From assembly GCA_900314825.1 (NCBI GenBank), contig OMWS01000038.1, positions 1,200-65,199 of the forward strand: a DNA stretch of 64,000 nucleotides. Direction: 5' to 3'. Positions 8,981 to 19,600 of this stretch are shown here, one piece after another; position 1 is the stretch's first letter; each line of letters starts with the position of its first letter. Source of the DNA: an uncultured Veillonellaceae bacterium. GTDB taxonomy: Bacteria > Bacillota > Negativicutes > Selenomonadales > Selenomonadaceae. The notes under the pieces were generated by a model that was given only the letters and a program-made list of their open reading frames with translations, had not been told where the DNA came from and did not search any database. Made by a program: the position numbers and the translations under genes.

Positions 8981-9938
8981 TGAGCGTCGCCTCCTGCTTG
9001 ATGCGTTCCTCCATCTCGTTGACGAGGAGCTCGTACTTCTTGGCAATCTTCTTGTTCGAGTAAGCGGCCGTCACGGGCTCTGCGCGGTTCTCCGCGTTGA
9101 CAGCGTCCTGGCTGCGCGGAATAGTCGTCTTGAAGAGATGCTTGTCCCAGTTCTCCTTGAGGAACGGGAAGACCTCGTGGTAGCTCTTGTTGCGGTCATA
9201 CGTCATTGTGAGGAAGATGCCGAGGAGCTTCAAACTCGGATTGCTCTCGCGGCAGGTGATCATCAGCTGCATGGCGCTGTTGGCGCCGTAGGTCGAGTCC
9301 TTGGCGGGGACGACAGGGATAATGACGTAATCCGACGCGATGAAGATGGCGGCCACCTCGTTGCCAAGCGACGGGCGCGTGTCGATGAGGATGTAGTCGT
9401 AACGGTCGAGCTTCTTGATCTCGAGCACGATCTTCTTCATGATGGTCGTGCCTCGGATGCTGTCGTTGCACATGTACTTGAACGTGTTGTCGAGGCGGAT
9501 GTCCGCCACGATGATGTCGATTCGGGGAGACATCTCTGTTGGGTTGATATAATAGTCAACCGGCTTGTGGATGTCCTTCCCGTGCTCGTCCGTGTTCATC
9601 TTCATGCGGTCGAGGATGGCGTTGCCAATGTAGTTCTGGTGCATCTCCGACGGGTCGTAGCCGAAACGCGAAGAGAGGTTCCCTTGCGGGTCTGTGTCGA
9701 CGACGAGGACGCGGTTCCCGCGCTTGGCGAGGATGTCTGCAAAAGCGGCGATGCTCGTCGTCTTGCTCGTGCCGCCCTTGTTGGTGGCGATGCATATCGT
9801 GATTCCCTTGTGATCCATGAGTTCTTCCTTTCTCTCGTAAAGGGCGTCCACGGCAGTATCGAGGACGCGGGCTTTTGGTTTGCCAGATTTCATGGCGAGC
9901 TTGTCGAGCTTCGCCGCGCTGTGGAAGGAGAGGCTCAT
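8967..9938 (-). CDS. parA: ParA/Soj-type ATPase with N-terminal RHH-like segment
   Basis: Deviant Walker A ICIATNKGGTSKTT, then LVVDTDPQGNLS. The N-terminus MSLSFHSAAKLDKLAMKSGK..VLDTAVDALY looks ribbon-helix-helix. The start is uncertain (alternatives 10025 and 10052). Confidence 0.8.
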   Translation of the reverse strand: MSLSFHSAAKLDKLAMKSGKPKARVLDTAVDALYERKEELMDHKGITICIATNKGGTSKTTSIAAFADILAKRGNRVLVVDTDPQGNLSSRFGYDPSEMHQNYIGNAILDRMKMNTDEHGKDIHKPVDYYINPTEMSPRIDIIVADIRLDNTFKYMCNDSIRGTTIMKKIVLEIKKLDRYDYILIDTRPSLGNEVAAIFIASDYVIIPVVPAKDSTYGANSAMQLMITCRESNPSLKLLGIFLTMTYDRNKSYHEVFPFLKENWDKHLFKTTIPRSQDAVNAENRAEPVTAAYSNKKIAKKYELLVNEMEERIKQEATLNGNV

Positions 9939-10078
9939 CGAAAGCCTCTTCCTGTTCTTGACGGCCAAGATCCATCCCCTCCCGAAAGTGATGTTACTTG
10001 CACCACTTTTTCTTGATGATTCCATACTAGCATTAGTCAAAAAGACAGGCAATATGTTTTTAGAAAGGAGTGATTCCC

Positions 10079-10387
10079 ATGACGTTGGAAAAGATGTTCC
10101 GGATTACACACGAATACGGGTACGACGGTCGCATCGGCTTCGGCAAGGAGGTTGCCAATCTCCGCTGCTTCAAAAGCCCGAAAGGCTTCCGCACCATCCA
10201 TATGCCACGCCACCTGAAGCGCGTCATCCACTACAACACGAAGAAGCACGTCGACGGCATCGCCATCTTCTATTGGAATGCGATTACTGGCTTGTACGTC
10301 TCGCGCTACACGAGCGAGAAGAGCCTCCGCGAATTGTGCGAGCAGGCTATGGGCACGCCGAAGGAAGACCGCTACGCCGCTGCGTGA
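10079..10387 (+). CDS. hypothetical protein
   Basis: ATG 8 nt after AAAGGAG. 102 aa. Confidence 0.45.
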   Translation: MTLEKMFRITHEYGYDGRIGFGKEVANLRCFKSPKGFRTIHMPRHLKRVIHYNTKKHVDGIAIFYWNAITGLYVSRYTSEKSLRELCEQAMGTPKEDRYAAA

Positions 10388-10407
10388 GATGAAAGGAGAG
10401 ATTCATT

Positions 10408-10629
10408 ATGCTGATGTATTTTTCTTGCCCGCTCCTTGAAGACGGGACGCCCGATTTCGACAACGCCGTGCAGCATCCGGGGCTCAGCCCGGACATCCTC
10501 GAAGCAGACTGGCTCGACTGGGAAGGCACCGGCGAGATGATTGACGGAGGCGTGTACAGCAATGGAGAGGAAGTCCGCTTCGTCCTCATCCGCCAGATTG
10601 CGGAAGCTGCCATGGAGCCTGCCGCATAA
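10408..10629 (+). CDS. hypothetical protein
   Basis: ATG after GAAAGGAGAG. 73 aa. Confidence 0.4.
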   Translation: MLMYFSCPLLEDGTPDFDNAVQHPGLSPDILEADWLDWEGTGEMIDGGVYSNGEEVRFVLIRQIAEAAMEPAA

Positions 10630-10667
10630 TTATCTATTGATGTACGAAATAACTATCTTCAAAGATA

Positions 10668-10696
10668 TTTACAAAAAACATCAATCGTTGTAGAAT
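10668..10696 (+). promoter_or_regulatory. sigma70-type promoter
   Basis: TTTACA, 17 nt, TAGAAT. The palindrome TATCTT-ca-AAGATA lies just upstream. Confidence 0.45.
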
Positions 10697-10740
10697 AAGG
10701 CTATTAACAATCTTAGTCCGAAGAAGGGAGGAACAAAGAT

Positions 10741-11538
10741 TTGAGCTCAAAACATCAATCGAAAAAATACAAGCCGCTGAACTTGAAGAACTGCCGCCCG
10801 AAGAAAGACCGCATGGAACTGCTGTTCGAGAAGATCCGCCAACAGGAGGCGGATCGCAAGGGAACGCCCCTCATCGCAGAAGTTTCTCCGCAGGAGAAGC
10901 CGGTGCAGCAGATACCCGGCGAGCTCGACAAGAGAATCCAGGAGGAGCTCGAAAAGCCCGTACGGCAGTTCAGAGTCATCGAGACAGGAAAGGAAGAATC
11001 CATGAGCAGGAAACTGAAAGAGCTCGCATTCGCGGAAGAGCAGGAACACGAGGAGTGGTATATCAAGAACAACAGCACGCTCGCGCCGATGCTGGACTAC
11101 CAGACGGTCATCCAGTTGTTCACGGACATCGTCGAGAACATCGGCAAGCAGCACGTCTGCTGCAACAACAAGCTGTCCGACACCGACCGGAAGATCCAGG
11201 ACCTCCTGCATGAGATCCGCATGCCGAAGAGAAATGCCTACGAAGGATTCAAGCTCTACCAGATGCTCCACTACCTCGAGATCGAGCGGCAGGCGTACAA
11301 GGACGGCCTCGCCATCCTGACGCCGCTGGCAAACTTCGCCAACGCGAACAGGGAATTGCTCCAGAAGCTTCAGAACATCTGCCAGCGCCTCGCTGACCAG
11401 AAGGAGCTGAAGGAGAGCCGCATATATATGCCGAGGTCCAATTTGGATTTGCCCATCGGTGATGCCTTTCGTGCGTTGCCGAAGGAGGAGCAGGAGCGTA
11501 TCCGCCAGAACTATGAGAGCCGGCGCCGCGCCAGCTGA
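10741..11538 (+). CDS. hypothetical coiled-coil protein
   Basis: TTG start after GAAGGGAGGAAC. 265 aa, rich in E, K and Q. Confidence 0.45.
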   Translation: MSSKHQSKKYKPLNLKNCRPKKDRMELLFEKIRQQEADRKGTPLIAEVSPQEKPVQQIPGELDKRIQEELEKPVRQFRVIETGKEESMSRKLKELAFAEEQEHEEWYIKNNSTLAPMLDYQTVIQLFTDIVENIGKQHVCCNNKLSDTDRKIQDLLHEIRMPKRNAYEGFKLYQMLHYLEIERQAYKDGLAILTPLANFANANRELLQKLQNICQRLADQKELKESRIYMPRSNLDLPIGDAFRALPKEEQERIRQNYESRRRAS

Positions 11539-11602
11539 TATTTAAGTACCGTTTCGGTACTCAATTCGACAACTGAATACGGAAAGGAGCGATGAACGCG
11601 AA

Positions 11603-14600
11603 ATGTATGCACCGTTGCATTGCCACACGGCAATCGGATCTATCAAGGATTCCATCCTGAAGATCGACGACTTCGTGAAGAAGGCGAAGTCGCTCGGTCT
11701 CACGCATATCGCCATGACCGATCATGGTTCTATGGCGGCACTGGTGGAGTTCCACGAGAAGTGTATGGAGGAAGGCATCACCGGAATCATCGGCATGGAA
11801 GCCTATGTCGTGCCCGACAGGACGATCCGCCATAAGGAAACCAGATGGCATCTTGTCTTGCTTGCGAAGAACAAGGAGGGTGTGAAGAACCTCATCCGCA
11901 TCCACAACGATGCGCGACTCCACGGCATGTACTGCGACAAGGCCCGCACGGACTACTCCGTGCTGGAGAAATACGGGAAAGGCATCATCGCCCTTTCCGC
12001 CTGCGTCGGCGGCGAAATCCCGCAATGCATCCTCCATGGACTGGAGGAAGGCACCGAGCCGCAGGAGCAGAAGGCGTGGATGCTGAAAGCTGTTGAAGCC
12101 ATGAAGCGCTACCAGTCCTACTTCGATGACTTTTACCTTGAGATACAGCCAGGGCATTTCGATGCCCAACTCAGGGTAAACAACGTCATCGTGCAGATGG
12201 CGCAGATGTTCAACGTCCCGCTTGTCGCGACGAACGACGTCCACTACCTGAACGCAGAAGACTACCTCATGCACAACGTGCACGTGCAGTCCTTCCGCAA
12301 GGATGACGAGGAAGCCTTCGCATACCCGGACAAATGCTACTACCTCATGACGGAGCAGGAGCTCAACAGCTATTTCATCCGCACGAAGCGCGTGACGGAC
12401 GAGGTCGTAACCGAGGCCATCGCGAACACGAACAAGGTCGCCGCCCAGTGCGACGGCGAAGTGGAGTATGGCTTTAAGATGCCAGCATACCAGGACTTGC
12501 CGGAAGGCGAGACAGAGGACAGCTGGCTCGTGAAGCTCTGCCAGAAGGAGCTCAACCGCCGCCTGCCGATGTTGAAGAATCCGGCGGCTTACGAGGAACG
12601 TTTACTCTACGAGCTCGACGTCATCACGAAGCTCAATTTCTCGGGCTACTTCCTTATCGTGTATGACTTCCTGAACGCCGCTCGCCGTAAGGGTGTCTCC
12701 GTCGGGCCGGGGCGTGGTTCTGTTGGAGGCAGTCTCGTAGCATGGCTTTTGGATTTCTCCGTAGCCGATCCCATCAAACACCATCTGATGTTCGAGCGTT
12801 TCCTTAATCCGCACAGGAAAGGGGCGCCCGACGTGGATACCGATTTTTCGGATACTTTGGCGATGCGGAATTACATCATCCAGAAATATGGCAAGGAACA
12901 CTGCGCCCTTGTTGGAACATACGGCGTCCGCAAGGCGAAGGCCGCTATCAAGGCAGCGGGACGCCTGCTCGAAGTCGACCTCGACACCGTCAACAAGATC
13001 TGCAAGGCGGCGCCGTTCCGCGTGTATGGCGACGACGGCGAGGAAGTGAAAGACCCAACCATCGAGCAGATGCTGGATGCGAGCGCCAAGTTCCGCAGCT
13101 TCCAGATGGAATACCCGGAGCTCTTTTCAACAGCGGAAGACATGGAGTCGTTCCCCGTCCTCTACGGCATCCATGCCGCAGGTATCGTAATCACGCCAGA
13201 TAACATCCTGGAGAAAATGCCTGTTCGTTGGGACGAGAAGAAACAGGTTCTCGTGTCGCTCATTGACAAGAACTCGATCGAGAAAATCGCCTTGAAATAT
13301 GACTTCCTTAGCCTGAATACGCAGGCCATCGTGGATAAGACCATCAAGGATACCGGCGTGAAGCTCTACTGGAATGACGATGCGTTCTATGAAGATCAGA
13401 AAGTATGGGACAGCATCGGAACATCCAACACCATTGGCATGTTCCAGATCAGCTCCGCCCTCTACCGTCAGCGCATGCCGCGCCTGAAGCCGCGCAGCCT
13501 CGCGGACATGGCGGCGTGCATCGCGCTCGTGAGAGGCCCCTGCATCTCGTCCGGGACGGACCAGGACTACATGGACATCCTCGAAGGAAAGAAGCTCGTT
13601 GCTTCCATCGACCCGAAATACGACGAGGTCACGCGTTCCACGAACGGTATCTGTATCTATCAGGAGCAGCTGATGAAGATTGCTGTTGCGTATGGCATGA
13701 CGCAGGACGAGGCGGATCAGCTCCGCAAGGCCGTGTCGAAGAAGAAGCAGGACAAGATTTCCGCATTGAAGGACATCTTCTATAAGGACGCGGCAGCCTG
13801 CGGAACGAGTGCCGCCGCCATCGACAAGATCTGGGCCATCATCAAAGCAGCCGGCAAATACAGCTTCAACGCCAGCCATGCCATGTCTTATGGCATTCTT
13901 GTGTACACAAGCGCATGGCTGAAATATCACTATCCGCTACAGTTCATGGCAAACACGCTCACGAACGCTTACGAATCCGGAAAGGACGAGAAGAGGATAG
14001 AGGAGATGGTGCAGGATTGCCAGCGGCTCGGCATCCGGTTCCTTCCGATTGATGCAAGGAAATCAAAGTGGCGCTTTATGCCGGAAGACGGCAAGCTCCG
14101 CATCGGCCTGTGCGCGCTGAAGACCTTCGGCGAGCCCGCCATGCAGGAACTCGAAGAAGCGCGGGCTACATCGCCGGACGACATCTTTGAGGGAATCTAC
14201 AAATTCCTGACGACGAAGGGCTCGAAACTCGACAGAAAGAACGTGTCAGCGCTCATCTTTGTGGGTGCGTTCGACTATGATGACGAGGCGGACAAGGAGC
14301 AGCTACTTCAGAAGATGCTCAACGCGAAAGCCTCCACGAAGAGGGAGAAGCAGCTCGGCATGCCGTTCCCGGAAAAGTTCGTGCCCTGCACTGGCTGCGA
14401 GCTGCGCTTGAATGACGATCCTGCGGACATTGAACGGAAGCTCCTGCGCGTAAATTATCTCCACCGTCCAGGCGCGGAGCTCGACCCCATCGGGTTCAAC
14501 CAGAAAGCGAACGACGACCGGTTCTCTGGCGTCGTGCAGATTACGAGCGTACGTCACAAGACGGACAGGAACGGGCGCGAGATGGCGTTCGTCGACTTGG

Positions 14601-14752
14601 CGGCATCCGATTGCCACATCGACGGCATCATCTTCGGTTCGACGTACGCGAAGATCGACACGTCCAACGTCCGCAAGGGCAAGAATGTAAGGATTTTCGC
14701 AAAGAAGCAGAATGACGATGAGTGCATAATATTCAAGCTGGATGCAGCGTGA
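11603..14752 (+). CDS. dnaE: DNA polymerase III alpha-subunit-like replicase (PHP + polymerase core)
   Basis: N-terminal PHP motif YAPLHCHTAIGSIKDS...IAMTDHGSMAA; GPGRGSVGGSLVAWLL; PDVDTDF; length 1049 aa. Confidence 0.9.
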   Translation: MYAPLHCHTAIGSIKDSILKIDDFVKKAKSLGLTHIAMTDHGSMAALVEFHEKCMEEGITGIIGMEAYVVPDRTIRHKETRWHLVLLAKNKEGVKNLIRIHNDARLHGMYCDKARTDYSVLEKYGKGIIALSACVGGEIPQCILHGLEEGTEPQEQKAWMLKAVEAMKRYQSYFDDFYLEIQPGHFDAQLRVNNVIVQMAQMFNVPLVATNDVHYLNAEDYLMHNVHVQSFRKDDEEAFAYPDKCYYLMTEQELNSYFIRTKRVTDEVVTEAIANTNKVAAQCDGEVEYGFKMPAYQDLPEGETEDSWLVKLCQKELNRRLPMLKNPAAYEERLLYELDVITKLNFSGYFLIVYDFLNAARRKGVSVGPGRGSVGGSLVAWLLDFSVADPIKHHLMFERFLNPHRKGAPDVDTDFSDTLAMRNYIIQKYGKEHCALVGTYGVRKAKAAIKAAGRLLEVDLDTVNKICKAAPFRVYGDDGEEVKDPTIEQMLDASAKFRSFQMEYPELFSTAEDMESFPVLYGIHAAGIVITPDNILEKMPVRWDEKKQVLVSLIDKNSIEKIALKYDFLSLNTQAIVDKTIKDTGVKLYWNDDAFYEDQKVWDSIGTSNTIGMFQISSALYRQRMPRLKPRSLADMAACIALVRGPCISSGTDQDYMDILEGKKLVASIDPKYDEVTRSTNGICIYQEQLMKIAVAYGMTQDEADQLRKAVSKKKQDKISALKDIFYKDAAACGTSAAAIDKIWAIIKAAGKYSFNASHAMSYGILVYTSAWLKYHYPLQFMANTLTNAYESGKDEKRIEEMVQDCQRLGIRFLPIDARKSKWRFMPEDGKLRIGLCALKTFGEPAMQELEEARATSPDDIFEGIYKFLTTKGSKLDRKNVSALIFVGAFDYDDEADKEQLLQKMLNAKASTKREKQLGMPFPEKFVPCTGCELRLNDDPADIERKLLRVNYLHRPGAELDPIGFNQKANDDRFSGVVQITSVRHKTDRNGREMAFVDLAASDCHIDGIIFGSTYAKIDTSNVRKGKNVRIFAKKQNDDECIIFKLDAA

Positions 14753-14766
14753 AAGGAGGAAGGATT

Positions 14767-15138
14767 TTGAGCAACAGGACTGTCTGCAACGCAGAGATTT
14801 TCTGCGACGATGAATATTTTGGCGATATCAAACAGGCGCTGGATGACCTGAACATCTCCATCGAGAGCTATTCGTGGTCTGCAAAAAACGGCAGTGTCAG
14901 TTTCGAGGTCTACGACATCGGAACGGAAGACGTGAAAGAGCTTGTTAGCGGGCTTGGCGACAAGGCTGACGACTACAACTTCTATTTCGAGAGTTATGAC
15001 TACGGCGACAAGTGGCGCTATACGAAGGAGTTCGGAGAAGAGGGCGAAGAGACGTACTACAAGTCGGATGCCGTCCGCCATTTACGGAAGCTGGGGTACG
15101 CGCCCGCAGAAATCGAGAAGATTCTCGAAGCGTTCTGA
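14767..15138 (+). CDS. hypothetical protein
   Basis: TTG 14767 after AAAGGAGGAAGG. The upstream part of the 14722 ORF overlaps the dnaE end. Confidence 0.4.
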   Translation: MSNRTVCNAEIFCDDEYFGDIKQALDDLNISIESYSWSAKNGSVSFEVYDIGTEDVKELVSGLGDKADDYNFYFESYDYGDKWRYTKEFGEEGEETYYKSDAVRHLRKLGYAPAEIEKILEAF

Positions 15139-15147
15139 AAGGAGGAA

Positions 15148-16614
15148 ATGAATTTGTCAACAGCATACGACATCCTGATTGATGCGGCGAGGAACAGCCT
15201 GACGCTCGCCAGCAAGATTTTCGAGGGGAAGGAGCCGGAGAAGGATGAGGAGCGCCTGAAGCGCATCCGCACGCTCCGCCACGAGATCGACCTCTGCCTG
15301 GAGGAAGAGAAATTCCGCATGAGCGTATATGATTCGTACCAGGAGCGGTGCGACAAGGAACTGAAGCGCATCGACAAGGTCGTCAAGTACGCCAGCAAGT
15401 ACGCGGGTGGCGCGAAAGAGGAGCTCGAAGAGCTCCTCGATGACGACTTTCTGGAAGACCTCGTGGAAGCCGCCCGCAACTCCGTCTACGACCTGAAGCT
15501 GGAAGGCAGGGACTATGAAGGCGACTACTACGCGCCGTACAGCGTTTACCGCCAGCCGATGTCCCGCAGGACGCAGAACTGGCGCAACCTGATGAAAGAC
15601 GAGATTCTCTTGACAGCGAAGACGGCGCAGGAGAAGCTCGGCAAGGCCATCAACATGGTGGTCTCGCGCGTCAACTACGAGCCGGATGCCGTCCAGAGCG
15701 TCAAGAAAGAGCTCGGGGAGAACGTCCGCATCTACGGCATGTATGATTCGTCGTCTCTCCAGGAGTCGCGCGACGTGCGCAGCAGCATGGAGCGCTGCGC
15801 CCTCGGCTCTCCGGAGCACTACAAGGTGCAGAACAAGGCCTTCGACCTCATCTACACTCGCACTCTCACGGCGACCAGCTACTACAGCAACGAAGGCGCA
15901 CCGGCATCTGCCGAGTCTCCCGTCACAAAGGAGCTGAAGCGCCTGTGGCGCTACCTCGCGCCGGGCGGCGTGCTCCTGATGCTCGTGCCGAAGTTCTGCA
16001 TGCGCCAGAAGGAGCGCACGGTTGCGTCGAGTTTCTACGAGCTCTTGGGCAACAAGCGCGTGAAAACGATGTACGAGAACCTCGACATGCGACTGCTCGT
16101 TCTCCGCAAAGGCGTAATCATCGAGGAGACGGAGAAGGAAGCGACGTATCAGAAGCTGACGGAGATGAAGGAGAGCGAAGGCTCGCTCGCCGGTATCCTG
16201 GAACATGCTTTTGACAAAGCTCCTGCGTACGACCTCGGTCCTGTCCGCCTGTTCAAAGGAGAGGAGCAGGACAAGCTCATCCTCGAAATCGCACTCGAGA
16301 AGTCGACGCTGAAAGTCAGTATGGCGAAGACGACGCAGCACGCCATCGAGCCGCTCTTGCCTTTGAAGAAGGGGCAGATCGGTCAAATCATTGCGTCCGG
16401 CCGCCTGAATGGCATCATCGACGAGGGCGACGGCTACAAGCACATCATCAGCGGGCGTGTCGTCAAGGGCACGCGCCGTACGCACAAGGAAGATTATGAC
16501 GATCCGGAACACGCGAGAGAGGAAGACAAGATCATCCGTAACAATCTCGTGGAGATCAACGCGCTTGGAGGTGACGGCAAGATCCGCACCATCTCCATGG
16601 CTGTTTCCGGCTGA
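15148..16614 (+). CDS. hypothetical protein with degenerate methyltransferase-fold remnants
   Basis: FDLIYTRTL and LKRLWRYLAPGGVLLMLVP resemble class-I methyltransferase motif IV and post-motifs, but no GxGxG SAM loop is seen. It precedes the SNF2 helicase. Confidence 0.35.
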   Translation: MNLSTAYDILIDAARNSLTLASKIFEGKEPEKDEERLKRIRTLRHEIDLCLEEEKFRMSVYDSYQERCDKELKRIDKVVKYASKYAGGAKEELEELLDDDFLEDLVEAARNSVYDLKLEGRDYEGDYYAPYSVYRQPMSRRTQNWRNLMKDEILLTAKTAQEKLGKAINMVVSRVNYEPDAVQSVKKELGENVRIYGMYDSSSLQESRDVRSSMERCALGSPEHYKVQNKAFDLIYTRTLTATSYYSNEGAPASAESPVTKELKRLWRYLAPGGVLLMLVPKFCMRQKERTVASSFYELLGNKRVKTMYENLDMRLLVLRKGVIIEETEKEATYQKLTEMKESEGSLAGILEHAFDKAPAYDLGPVRLFKGEEQDKLILEIALEKSTLKVSMAKTTQHAIEPLLPLKKGQIGQIIASGRLNGIIDEGDGYKHIISGRVVKGTRRTHKEDYDDPEHAREEDKIIRNNLVEINALGGDGKIRTISMAVSG

Positions 16615-16637
16615 TATACGGAAGGAGAGATCATACT

Positions 16638-19600
16638 TTGCTCAGCTCAGCAATCATTGAAACCTACAAGAACAGCAAGGACATCAACGGGCATTATTCC
16701 GTGAACTATGATGTCTTCGCTACGGACCGCTATTCCGACCGCGTGCTGTTCATGTCCTTCATTGACGAGGCGAACCGCATGCAGAACCTCATCGCGTCGC
16801 ACAAGCATGGCGACCGCGTCATCATCCGCCTCAACAGCACGCGCTACGAGGTGAACGCGAAGAACTCGACCATCGAATCGCAGCGCATCGGCGACTACAC
16901 GCATGTGTTCCTCCGCTATAAGCAGGAGGACGAGGAGCGCCCGACGGATCAGACGTTCCTGCTTTTCGAGGACTTTACGAGCGACGACTTCGACGTGGTC
17001 GAGGATGCATCAAAAGTGCCGGAGAGCGTCGTCGAGCAAGTGCGCGAGTGCATCATGGAGCATACGGCTGTCCCGTTCGTTGCAGAATGGGCTCCGTATG
17101 TGGCGAAAGAGCTCCAGCGCCGCCATGCGTTCGAGTACGCGCGCATCGAGGACTATTCCGGCCACCGTGAGAAGTATGGCTTCAAAAGCCTCATTGTCTT
17201 CCACCTGCGGAATGAGGACGTGGAGTCCATCATGAGCTTCGGCCTCAGCCACAAGCGCATCTCTATCGACGGGTGCAACAAGGTGTCCGAGCGTTTCAAG
17301 CACGCTGCGAAGAACATCTCCGAGTACCAGCGAGAGTTCGGCCAGGATCTCGCGGAACATACCACCAAAGAGTTCCATCCCGCGTTCAACCCGAAGACGG
17401 AGGAGGTGAGCCAGCGCGTCAACGACTTCTTCGACATTTGCACGTATTATGTGCCGGATGTCCAGAAGTTCCGCGTGCAGAAGAACGTCATCGAGGCGGG
17501 CGTCCGCTGCCTGAAGAAAGGCAGGAACTTCATGCTCGCCGGCCAGACGGGCGTCGGCAAGACGCTCATGTCCATCGGCACGGTGTACGCATCCGCGTGG
17601 AGGGACGATTTCAGCTGCATCGTCATGGCGCCGAGCCATCTGGTTGCTCAGTGGGGCGACGAGATCCGCGAGAAAGTCCCCCTGTCCGAAGTCATGGTCG
17701 CCGACGACCTGGCCGGCTTCATGAAAGCGGAGCGGGAGCTGAAGAATCCCCTGCGTATGCGCAGCCTGTGGGTCGTCATGAGCTACAACACGGTAAAGGC
17801 GACGTACAGCGAGCATCCGGGCGTCGTATGGAGCGATGCGGCGAAGGGCTATGTCTGCCCGCACTGCGGCCGCCCGCTCGCGTTCCGCCATCTCTCCATG
17901 GATGACGGCGTGAACCAGGAGTACGCCATGATGAACGCCACGGCGGAAGATTTCCTCAAAGAACCGTCTGAGACGGAGGACAAGAAGACCCGCTATTGCA
18001 AGCAGGTGTTCGATGCCGACGGCAAGGTGGTGGACGGCTGCGGCGCGAAACTGTGGACGGCCAGCACGCGCGAGAACAGCAACGGCACATGCAACTCCGA
18101 GCTCTGGAACCACCCGGAGACGACGGAGGATGCGTGGGTGAAGATCAGCGGCCTCGGCTGGGTCCAGAAGGGCCGCATCCAGGAGCTCAAAGAGAGCATC
18201 GACTTCCGTATCGAGCACTACAACACGACGCGCCGCAACAGCATGCGTTACAAGGAGCTGAAGCGCTGGCAGAAGGCGCTCATCAACTACGAGGCGCGTG
18301 GCGTCGTCATGCAGTACCCGCACCGCTATTCGATTGCCAAATACATGCGCAAGCATCTGAACAAGGCTTTTGACTTCGCCATCTTCGACGAAGTCCACAA
18401 GCTCTCCGGCGATTCGCGCCAGGGCGAAGCATTCGGCCAGGTGACGAACGCGGTGAAGAAGAGCGTGTTCCTGACGGGCACCCTTTCCAACGGCTACGCA
18501 TCCGGATTGTTCTACATCCTCTTCAGGACACAGGCGGCGAAGATGCTGTCCGACGGCTTCCGCCATGACTCCGTCACGGAGTTCCAGGAGAAGTACGGTG
18601 TCAGCGAGACGACACAGGTCGTCAACGGCCGCTATGACCGCGAGCACCGCCGTCTCGTTGACATCCGCCGTCATAACAAGAAAAAGGAGATGCCTGGCAT
18701 CTCCCCGACAGTCGTCGCGGACTACCTCATGAACAACATGGTGTCAGTCACCAAACGCGACATCTCGAATCACCTGTGCGACTACAAGGAGATCCCGGTG
18801 GGCATCCGCATGGACAAAGAGATGGGTGATGCATACCACCGCATCATCCGGAACGTCACGACGTACATCTCCGTGCGCGGGCGTTACCGCAATGCTGGAA
18901 CGACGCGCTATATCAAGAACGCGCTCAACATCGCTGACATGTTCCTCGACCAGCCGTTCGGTTTGGATACCGGCGACTCCGCTGGCCTCAACGTCATCGA
19001 GCTCAGCCCGGACACCATCCGCCCGAAGGAGCAGAAGCTCATCGACCTCGCTCTTGAAAAGCAGGAAGCCGGGGAGAAGATGCTCGTGTACCTCAACTGG
19101 ACGCAGAAGACGGACATCGCGAACCGCCTCGCGCAGCTCCTCGACGACAACGGCATCTCTGCTGAAGTCATGGGAGCGAACGTGAAGCCGAACGAGCGTG
19201 CCGGCTGGCTCGCGCAGCAGGCGGCCGACGGCGTCGACGTCGTCATCATGAACCCCCGTCTGGTGGCAGAGGGCATGAACCTGCTCGAGTATACCAACAT
19301 CGTTTTCTATGAAGTGGGCAGTGAGCTGACGACGGTGCGACAAGCATCGCAGCGCTCGAACCGCATCAACCAGGAGAATCCCGTCACGGTCTATTTCTTT
19401 TACTACAAAGGGACTGTACAGGAAGATTCCCTCGGTCTCATCTCGCAGAAGCTCAAGGCTTCCAAGGCGATCGAGGGCGATTTCACGACGTCCGCGCTGC
19501 AGGACATGACGGAAGATACCGACATCCTGACAAAGCTCGTCAACAGCATCGTCAAAGACGAGCATATCTCCGTCAGCGAAGACAACTTCGAGAACAGCAG

